NCBI GenBank assembly: GCA_013374835.1
Contig: CP055307.1
Location: 407,315 to 471,314, forward strand
Origin: Candidatus Woesebacteria bacterium
GTDB taxonomy: Bacteria > Patescibacteriota > Microgenomatia > UBA8517
Direction: 5' to 3'
Length of the DNA: 64,000 nt
Shown: one piece after another, positions 57,195 through 64,000 of the stretch
Numbering within the stretch: the first letter of the stretch is position 1
Layout of the letters: every line of letters begins with the position of its first letter
Position numbers and translations under genes: made by a program
The notes under the pieces: generated by a model
Databases searched by the model: none
Seen by the model: only the letters and a program-made list of their open reading frames with translations
What the model was told of the DNA's origin: nothing

Positions 57195-57265
57195 TCTAAA
57201 TTACTGATAGTTTTTTTGTTATTGAATAGTGTATAGTGTATCGAGAGAAAGGAGGTGATAAGAAT

Positions 57266-57751
57266 ATGAAGAAAGTATTAGCAGGTTTAGCTGCAAGCAC
57301 CCTCCTTTTGGTGGTTGCTGCACCGGTTAGTGTGATGGCTTGGGGCGGATTTCCTTTTCCTTGGCCTAATCCCACACCTGAGCCAACAACAGAAGCCGTT
57401 GTGAATAACAATGCTTATGTTAAAAATGTGGTTGACACATATGCCGGTTCTGGTGGCAATTCAGTATCCGGCTTCCTTAACAAAGGAGTTATTAAGACCG
57501 GTAATGCGTGGGCATATGCTGATGTAGCAAATACTGTCAACATGAATGCTTTGGGATGTAATTGTTACAACGATCTTACGATAAATAACAGAGCAACTGT
57601 TAAGAATTATTTAGATACTACTGCAAAAACGGGACACAATTATGTTGGCGGCAGCTGGGTTAACGGTTTTGTTAAGACCGGCGCTGCAGATGCAATGTCT
57701 GTTGTTGAGAATATGGTGAACACCAACATGGTTGGTGTATCAGCTGACTAA
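57266..57751 (+). CDS. Small secreted Asn/Gly/Thr-rich two-repeat protein
   Basis: SD aggaggtga; signal peptide; two NxAxVKN..GxN..KTGxAxA...NxVN repeats. Confidence 0.75.
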   Translation: MKKVLAGLAASTLLLVVAAPVSVMAWGGFPFPWPNPTPEPTTEAVVNNNAYVKNVVDTYAGSGGNSVSGFLNKGVIKTGNAWAYADVANTVNMNALGCNCYNDLTINNRATVKNYLDTTAKTGHNYVGGSWVNGFVKTGAADAMSVVENMVNTNMVGVSAD

Positions 57752-57763
57752 ATTCTCTTTTTT

Positions 57764-57787
57764 GGAAGGGGGTTATTGCCCCCTTCC
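57764..57787 (+). terminator. Stem-loop between the small and large repeat-protein genes
   Basis: ggaaggggg-ttattg-cccccttcc; weak T tail on + strand. Confidence 0.7.
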
Positions 57788-57821
57788 GATTGAAATTTTT
57801 AATAAGTATAGAAATATTTGA

Positions 57822-59765
57822 ATGAATGAAAAGCTGAAACGAAAAATATCAATTTTAGTTATATTTACTCTTCTTTTTGCGCGCACAACTCCTTATGCAA
57901 TATATGCTACTGAAACTTTTGATACCGAACCTCAAACCGTTGAAACAATTGAAGTAACTACTGAAGAAACTGCCGGGGAAACCGATGTGGTTATTGAGAA
58001 TGAAGCAGAGGTTATTGATGAGATTACAACAGAAGCCGAAAGCGGGGAGAATGAAATTGTTAGTGAAAGTCCTACGCCGTCACCCAGTCCGTCACCTACT
58101 TCATCCCCTGTCGCGGACGAGGTGAACTCTTCACCAACTGCTGAGGCTACTCCCAGCCCCAGCCCCAGTCCCAGCCCTACTTATTCTTCCCAAGTAGAAA
58201 CGGGAGACAGCATATCTTTCGTTGAGACCGAGAACCAAGTAAATTCTACGGAGGTAAATAGCGAGGTGGTTTTTAAGACTCTTAATATCTTTTTTGCAGA
58301 GGGGGTTAATTTGGCCATGGACTCATGGCCTTTGATAGAGGAGATTGTTTCAAATGGGGGCAAAGAGGAGATTATTAATGCAGTAATTCTTGAAAATAAT
58401 AATTATGCATATATTAGTAATGAAATAGTAAGTATTGCTGATACGGGTGGGAATACGGCTACGGGAAGTGCTGCTATCATTGAAACGGGGAATGCTTATT
58501 CAGTTGTATCACTTCTTAACCGCGTTAATACCACAATTATTGATTCGAAAATTTATATTGTTACGATTAATATTTTTGGTGAGTTGGATGGGGATATAGT
58601 CTTGCCCGATATTTTGGATAAAAAAGCTTGCACAGAGTGTGGGGGAGCTTTTGTGGATATTGAAAACAATGCCGAGGTTGAAAATGTTGTGACTTCAAGC
58701 GCTGATAGCGGCGGCAATACAGCAGTAGCTGAGGATGCGGATATTGATACGGGAGATGCTTTGTCCATTGTAAATTTAATTAGTGTGGTTAATTTTAATA
58801 TTTTGAATAGTTTTTTCAGGCTTCTTTATATTAATAATTTAGGTGAGTGGAGCGGAGAGCTTTTGGGCTGGGGAGATGAGGAAAGCTCAGTGGGTGGATG
58901 TACGGGCTGTGTAAAAGGGAGTGATATTGCCAATGAAGCTTATGTTTACAACAATGTTTACTCTTTTGCTAATACGGGCGGAAACAGCGTTTCTGGCGGA
59001 GAGGCAAGCATAAAGACCGGGAATGCGGTAAGTGCTGTTTCAATCGTTAATTTTATAAATACTACGATTAAGAATTCTTTAGGATTTTTGGGATTTGTGA
59101 ATATATTTGGGAAGTTTAGCGGGAATATTGGTACAATGAATGTACTTTATCCTTCCCCAAGTCCTTTTTCCGAGTCTGCGATTGGAGGTATGAGTTTATC
59201 TTCTGAAAGCATTAAAGAGGCTGGTGGAAAACTTGAGGTTTATCAGAAAAACAATGTAAATGATTTTGTTTATCCCGGGGATACTGTAACCTTTTTTGTA
59301 GATGTAAAAAATGTCGGAACAGGTAAGGTTTATGGAGCTACTTTGGTACTAAGCCTAATAAAAGACGGAGAGGATATGGGAGGCGGAATAATACCCATTG
59401 GGGATATTGAGGCGGGACGCGGGTTTAAAATAACCACTGGTCTTGTTTTATCAAAGAATGCACTGGCAGGGAATTATCTCGCGCATGCTGAAGTTTTTGG
59501 GATAGTAGGACCTGATGACAGTGAGATATCCGCTTATTCCGATAGCTTTTTTGAGATAAGAACTAAAGGTGGGTTGGTTAATAATTTAGTCAAAAACGGC
59601 GAGGAGGAGGCTCTGCCTGTTGCTAGTGCAAGCGAGGGGCAGGTATTAGGTGCGGCTTCTACGGTGAAGAAAGATTATATGATTTACTATGTGCTTCTTC
59701 TTATGCTTACGAGTGCATACTTGTCTAATTGGTATAAGATGAGAGTAAAGGAGGGCGTCTTATGA
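57822..59765 (+). CDS. Large secreted repeat protein with Ig-like (DUF11/CARDB-like) domain and C-terminal TM
   Basis: Four copies of the repeat seen in 57266; VYPGDTVTFFVDVKNVG; GQVLG then TM. Confidence 0.75.
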   Translation: MNEKLKRKISILVIFTLLFARTTPYAIYATETFDTEPQTVETIEVTTEETAGETDVVIENEAEVIDEITTEAESGENEIVSESPTPSPSPSPTSSPVADEVNSSPTAEATPSPSPSPSPTYSSQVETGDSISFVETENQVNSTEVNSEVVFKTLNIFFAEGVNLAMDSWPLIEEIVSNGGKEEIINAVILENNNYAYISNEIVSIADTGGNTATGSAAIIETGNAYSVVSLLNRVNTTIIDSKIYIVTINIFGELDGDIVLPDILDKKACTECGGAFVDIENNAEVENVVTSSADSGGNTAVAEDADIDTGDALSIVNLISVVNFNILNSFFRLLYINNLGEWSGELLGWGDEESSVGGCTGCVKGSDIANEAYVYNNVYSFANTGGNSVSGGEASIKTGNAVSAVSIVNFINTTIKNSLGFLGFVNIFGKFSGNIGTMNVLYPSPSPFSESAIGGMSLSSESIKEAGGKLEVYQKNNVNDFVYPGDTVTFFVDVKNVGTGKVYGATLVLSLIKDGEDMGGGIIPIGDIEAGRGFKITTGLVLSKNALAGNYLAHAEVFGIVGPDDSEISAYSDSFFEIRTKGGLVNNLVKNGEEEALPVASASEGQVLGAASTVKKDYMIYYVLLLMLTSAYLSNWYKMRVKEGVL

Positions 59766-59881
59766 GAAAAGTTTTTAAGAATGTAAATTGGCCAGGGAGA
59801 GTAATGTTTTTATTTATCTTAGCTGTTTTTTCTGTCTCCTTTTATAAAGTGATGGAGTACTTTATTAGGATAATTAGTTAA
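59762..59881 (+). CDS. 39-aa single-TM protein (below the ORF-track cut-off)
   Basis: aaggagg SD, ATGA overlap; MRKVFKNVNWPGRVMFLFILAVFSVSFYKVMEYFIRIIS*. Confidence 0.5.
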   Translation: MRKVFKNVNWPGRVMFLFILAVFSVSFYKVMEYFIRIIS

Positions 59882-59997
59882 TGTCCAATGGTTGATGATT
59901 AATGGGATTAGTTGTGATTTCCTAATTTGAAAGATAGTATGTTTGATTAGCTTAGAATTTTTGTTTGTTTGTTTCTTATAGTTTTAATCGATATCTA

Positions 59998-60142
59998 TTG
60001 ACAGGGTTTTTTTAATAGAGTATATTAATCTTGTTTAAGCTAGCCCTAAGTAATATGTTAAGATTTTATACTTGGGAAATATGGTAATAGAGCCGCCAAA
60101 GGGCGGCTTTTTTGGTGCTTAGGGGAGAAGGAGGTGATATAA
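59998..60142 (+). promoter_or_regulatory. Promoter and structured leader of the TasA-like gene
   Basis: TTGACA 59998, 17 bp, TATATT 60021; hairpin agagccgcc-aaag-ggcggcttt plus T run; SD aaggaggtga. Confidence 0.7.
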
Positions 60143-60742
60143 ATGAAAAGAATATTAGTGAGCTTAATGATGATTACCCTTGTTGCTACACTAGCAGTTG
60201 GATCAACCAGAGCTTATTTTCTAGATACGGAAGATAGTAGTGGCAACACATTTTCTTCAGGTTCCTTAAATCTTACTTTGGATGGAAATAATGGGACTTC
60301 GGTTGTTAAGTGGAATTTGAATAATCTAAAACCCGGTAATCAGCCAAAGGGTACATTTAACCTTGCTAATACTGGAAGCGTTTCTGGTTATTTAGATCTT
60401 GAAAATATTGTCGTCACAAGTTATGAGAATGGGATTATTGAGCCCGAGTCTGCCGACGGTGACAGTTCGAGCTCCGAAGGAGAGCTTGAAGACGTACTTA
60501 ATTTACGCCTATTTCATGATTTAGATTGTAATGGATGGATTGGAACAGGAGAGAGCACGTTCTTTAATGGTAAGGTAGGTACTATCGCTTCTAATTATGA
60601 TTTAGATATTTTAATTCCTGCTGGCGGTAGTACTTGTATTACTGGTATTTATGATTGGTGGGACACTGCTGACGACAATAAGGCGATGACAGATTCGTTT
60701 GTTTTAGATATGACTTTTGAATTGAGACAGTCGGCAGATTAG
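60143..60742 (+). CDS. TasA/CalY (camelysin) family protein with SipW-type signal peptide
   Basis: STRAYFLDTE..GNTFSSGSLNL, NLKPG, NTGS. Confidence 0.85.
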   Translation: MKRILVSLMMITLVATLAVGSTRAYFLDTEDSSGNTFSSGSLNLTLDGNNGTSVVKWNLNNLKPGNQPKGTFNLANTGSVSGYLDLENIVVTSYENGIIEPESADGDSSSSEGELEDVLNLRLFHDLDCNGWIGTGESTFFNGKVGTIASNYDLDILIPAGGSTCITGIYDWWDTADDNKAMTDSFVLDMTFELRQSAD

Positions 60743-60754
60743 TTTTGGTTTATA

Positions 60755-60784
60755 GGTTGTGCAAAATAATTAATTTGCACAACC
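60755..60784 (+). terminator. Stem-loop between the tasA-like and sipW-like genes
   Basis: ggttgtgcaaa-ataattaa-tttgcacaacc; no T tail. Confidence 0.65.
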
Positions 60785-60796
60785 AAATAAGCTTAA

Positions 60797-62365
60797 ATGA
60801 AAAAAATTACTAATATAATTTACTGGCTTGTTTTTTTGTTTCTTGTGCTTATTGCCGGGCTTACAAGCCTATCTACTTTTGATTTTGCCGGAGGGTATCG
60901 GCTTTATAACGTATTGTCCGGATCGATGTCTCCTACGATCCCTACTGGAAGCATTGCTCTGGTGGGCCCTGTTTCTAATTACAACAAGGGGGATGTTGTT
61001 ACTTTTAAGTCGGAGGCAGACCGTAATGTAACAAGACCTAAAAACACTACAACACATAGGATTGTGGATATAAAAGATGAGGGGGGCGTGGAGAGATTTG
61101 TTACCAAAGGTGATGCGAATGAGACGACGGATCCGGAGAGTATTGACCGCGGGCTTATTATCGGTAAAGTTTATTTCCATCTGCCGCTATTTGGATATGC
61201 CGTAAATTTTGCAAGGACACAGATTGGACTTATTGTTTTAATTATTATTCCTGCAACTATTATTATTTATAGCGAGATGGTAAGCATTAAAAACGAGGCA
61301 AAAAGGCTTATTGTTGAGAGGCGAAGCCGTAAGCTTTCTTCACGGGAGAAGATTGTGGAGGCAATCGGTGAGGAGGAAATAAAGGCTGAGCGGGGAATTA
61401 AGCGCTTTTTTAAAAGATATGGTATCTTGAAAGTTCTTTTTTTGACTTTTGGGGTAATAAGCTTTAATACCGCGACAAGCGGGGCTTATTTTACATCACA
61501 GGTAGTTCTTTCGGGGAATAGCTTTTCTGCGGGATACTGGGAGGATGATGTAACAGGCGTGGTGATAAATGAGGTTTATTATGACGTGGGCAGTGCTTGT
61601 GGTAATGACGGGGGAGCAAACCCAGATGAATGGGTCGAACTTTATAACAATAACAGTTTTGATGTGGACCTTAAAGATTGGAGTTTGACTGATAATAATG
61701 ATACGACAATTATTCATAGCAACTCTGTTTTTGTTCCGGCACACGGATATGCTGTGATTTCAAAGTCTGCAAATACTTGGAGTAATGGGTGTTTTGATCC
61801 TCCCTCTGGTGCTGTGCGCGTTTATACAGGTCAAAGAATCGGTAACGGGCTTGCTAATGGCGGAGATCGGCTAATACTTAAAGATTCGACAGGGCTTGAG
61901 GTAGATGCTGTAAGCTGGGGTAGTGACTCTTATGCTTTTGGTAGTGGTAATGGTGTGGTTTTGACCGGGGATGGCAAATCAATGGCAAGAAAAACGGCTG
62001 GTGTTGATACTGATTCTGCCACTGATTGGGAGATACTTGATAGTCCAAATCCAGGGACAAATCCGCATAGTACAATTGAAACAAACCTTGATCTTTTTAG
62101 AGATGGAGCTAATTTAGGCTTTAGCGTGACCGGTAGTGGAGTAGCTAAATTTGAAAGATATGAATATATTATTACTTATGATTCAGATGCGGGAAAGCAG
62201 GGAATTGAGGGAAAGGGCGAGATTTTAGGGAACGAAATAAAAGTACAGGGGATTTATCTTGGGCTTTGCTCGGATGTTTGCGTGCCTTATGGGGATATCC
62301 GGAATATAGTCTTAAAGGTGCGCCTTATTGGAGATGTGGTTAGAAGCTTGATGATTAATGGCTAA
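60797..62365 (+). CDS. SipW-type signal peptidase I fused to a second SipW-type signal and a lamin-tail domain
   Basis: VLSGSMSP, THRIV, TKGDAN; internal TSGAYFTSQ..GNSFSAGYW; VVINEVYYD..EWVELYN. Confidence 0.8.
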   Translation: MKKITNIIYWLVFLFLVLIAGLTSLSTFDFAGGYRLYNVLSGSMSPTIPTGSIALVGPVSNYNKGDVVTFKSEADRNVTRPKNTTTHRIVDIKDEGGVERFVTKGDANETTDPESIDRGLIIGKVYFHLPLFGYAVNFARTQIGLIVLIIIPATIIIYSEMVSIKNEAKRLIVERRSRKLSSREKIVEAIGEEEIKAERGIKRFFKRYGILKVLFLTFGVISFNTATSGAYFTSQVVLSGNSFSAGYWEDDVTGVVINEVYYDVGSACGNDGGANPDEWVELYNNNSFDVDLKDWSLTDNNDTTIIHSNSVFVPAHGYAVISKSANTWSNGCFDPPSGAVRVYTGQRIGNGLANGGDRLILKDSTGLEVDAVSWGSDSYAFGSGNGVVLTGDGKSMARKTAGVDTDSATDWEILDSPNPGTNPHSTIETNLDLFRDGANLGFSVTGSGVAKFERYEYIITYDSDAGKQGIEGKGEILGNEIKVQGIYLGLCSDVCVPYGDIRNIVLKVRLIGDVVRSLMING

Positions 62366-62389
62366 TGGTTTGTAGTAGAATGGTAATTA

Positions 62390-64000
62390 ATGCGAAGAAT
62401 TTTAGCTCTTTTTATTTTTGTTTTATTTTTTGGGTTTGTAAGACCGGTCCAAGCTTCGCTTGGTGGGTATGAGGTGAGGCGGTTTGAGGCTGATATTTCA
62501 CTTACTAAGGATACTTCTTTTTTGATTACTGAGCGGATTGATGTTAATTTTTTGGAAAGCAGACATGGGATTTACAGGGAGATACCGAGTATTTATAGGA
62601 TTGATGGTAGAAGGATTAACAGCAAGCTTTCGGTCCAAAGCGTTACAAATGAGCTGGGGGTTAAAATCCCTTATAAGGTTAGTAAATCGGGAGATTATGT
62701 TTCTATAAAGATAGGCGATTCTCAAAAAACGGTTTTGGGAGAAGTTTCTTATGTGATTACTTATAGGATTAAAAATATTTTGGTCGAGTACGATGAACAT
62801 TATGAACTTTACTGGAATGTGGTTGGTAGCGGTTGGGATGCTCCGGTTGAGAATGTAACCGCTAATGTTATTTCTGAATATGCTGGAATAGTAGATACCC
62901 GATGTTATAGCGGCAAGAGCGGGTCTAGTAAGGAGTGTACTTCTCGGATTGTTAATGCTCAATTGGCTAGCTTTTTAACAGAACAAACACTTGGCAATGG
63001 GCGGGATATGAGCATTGTAGTAGCTTTTGATAAGAATAATGAGCTAGTTTTTCCGGGGTTTATTGAAAGGTTTACAGAGAAATTTATTAATATTTTTGGG
63101 TATTTAGCCGCTCCTTTGGGCCTTGTTTATATATTATTTTTTTGGTTTAAACATGGTAGGGACAAGAGATATTTGTCAGATAGTGTTTATTACGAGCCGG
63201 ATGATAAATCTACTAAAACGGTATCTATTTTTAAGAGGGCACATTTGCCGACCTTTTATCACCCCCTTGATAACGTTACTCCCGGGGAGTTGGGAACTAT
63301 CATTGATGAACGTGTGGATATAAGGGATGTGGTTGCCGAGATAGCCGAGCTTGCAAGGCTTCGTTTCCTAAAAATGGAAATTGTTACCAAGAAAAAATTT
63401 TTGGGCAAGAGTACGGACTATAAATTTATTAGATTAGAAAAGGATACAAAACCCCTTCGGGATTATCAGAAATATTTGTATGAAAAGCTTTTTGAGAGCG
63501 GGGATGAGGTTCTTTTAAGCTCGCTTGAGAATAAGTTTTATAAGCATTTGCCTGAGTTTAAAAAGAGGATTTATGAGCAAGTGGTGAAAGCCGGATATTT
63601 TCCCACAAATCCCGAAAGAGTGAGGATTAAGTGGTTTTTTAAATTGGTCGTATTGGAAGTTTTTTTGGCGTTTATAATATATTGGTTTTATAGTTTGACC
63701 GGGAATTATTTACCTTTTATTGTTTTTGGGATTTTTAGCGTTATTTCTTTTCCTATTACCTTTTTGATGCCGAGAAAGACTGCTGCGGGGTATGCTGTAC
63801 ACAGGCAGGGTAAGGGACTTGCTTTTTATGTTAATAAGGGTAAGTGGAGGCATGAGATAAATGAAAAGAGGTTATTTTTTGAAGATATGCTTCCGCTGGC
63901 GATTTCTTTAGGGGTAACTAAAAAACTTGCAAGCGAAATGAAAAAGCTTGGAGTTTCTCCGCCTTCTTATGTTGGGGGAACAAATGCTATTGTTCTTGCG
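62390..64000 (+). CDS. DUF2207 family membrane protein, 3'-truncated by the window edge
   Basis: MRRILALF.., ERIDVNF..RHGIYREIP, ELYWNVVGSGW, FEDMLPLAISLG; absent from the ORF track because it has no stop in the window. Confidence 0.85.
   Translation, partial: MRRILALFIFVLFFGFVRPVQASLGGYEVRRFEADISLTKDTSFLITERIDVNFLESRHGIYREIPSIYRIDGRRINSKLSVQSVTNELGVKIPYKVSKSGDYVSIKIGDSQKTVLGEVSYVITYRIKNILVEYDEHYELYWNVVGSGWDAPVENVTANVISEYAGIVDTRCYSGKSGSSKECTSRIVNAQLASFLTEQTLGNGRDMSIVVAFDKNNELVFPGFIERFTEKFINIFGYLAAPLGLVYILFFWFKHGRDKRYLSDSVYYEPDDKSTKTVSIFKRAHLPTFYHPLDNVTPGELGTIIDERVDIRDVVAEIAELARLRFLKMEIVTKKKFLGKSTDYKFIRLEKDTKPLRDYQKYLYEKLFESGDEVLLSSLENKFYKHLPEFKKRIYEQVVKAGYFPTNPERVRIKWFFKLVVLEVFLAFIIYWFYSLTGNYLPFIVFGIFSVISFPITFLMPRKTAAGYAVHRQGKGLAFYVNKGKWRHEINEKRLFFEDMLPLAISLGVTKKLASEMKKLGVSPPSYVGGTNAIVLA

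Noticed and set aside
20420-58180. Pro/Thr/Ser tandem repeats (e.g. 20420-20545, 53535-53690, 56095-56230, 58065-58180) as DNA repeat elements
   Set aside because: Codon-periodic low-complexity linkers of surface proteins
1150-63323. Many short antisense or alternate-frame ORFs in the track (e.g. 1150-1509, 11046-11741, 28794-29249, 51410-51943, 62498-62962, 63123-63323)
   Set aside because: They overlap well-supported genes and lack motifs; shadow ORFs

Overview
A 64 kb, AT-rich, gene-dense bacterial chromosomal segment, mostly + strand. Gene content and style (compact housekeeping genes, N-terminal-only TsaB, sortase, many Pro/Thr-linker surface proteins, few Shine-Dalgarno sites) suggest a Patescibacteria/CPR organism, probably Microgenomates; this is inference. 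Housekeeping genes include truB, uppP, lon, tRNA-Glu, greA, lysS, serS, rarA, secA, prfB, ftsEX, tsaE, tsaB and galE. The main candidate system is at 9.1-20.6 kb: six tandem secreted enzyme-like genes each ending in a near-identical double dockerin, followed by three membrane-tethered cohesin-like genes, i.e. a cellulosome-like architecture without recognisable cellulases. A second surface locus at 56-62.4 kb holds a sortase with its substrate, a repeat-protein pair resembling a fibre subunit plus anchor, a TasA-like protein, and a SipW peptidase fused to its own apparent substrate. Also seen: a leader-peptide attenuator, a CIRCE site at lon, structured leaders, a circularly permuted M23 domain, 7-bp-period microrepeats and several gene remnants. 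No CRISPR array, integrase or transposase was found. All family calls are by eye from motifs; no searches were run.
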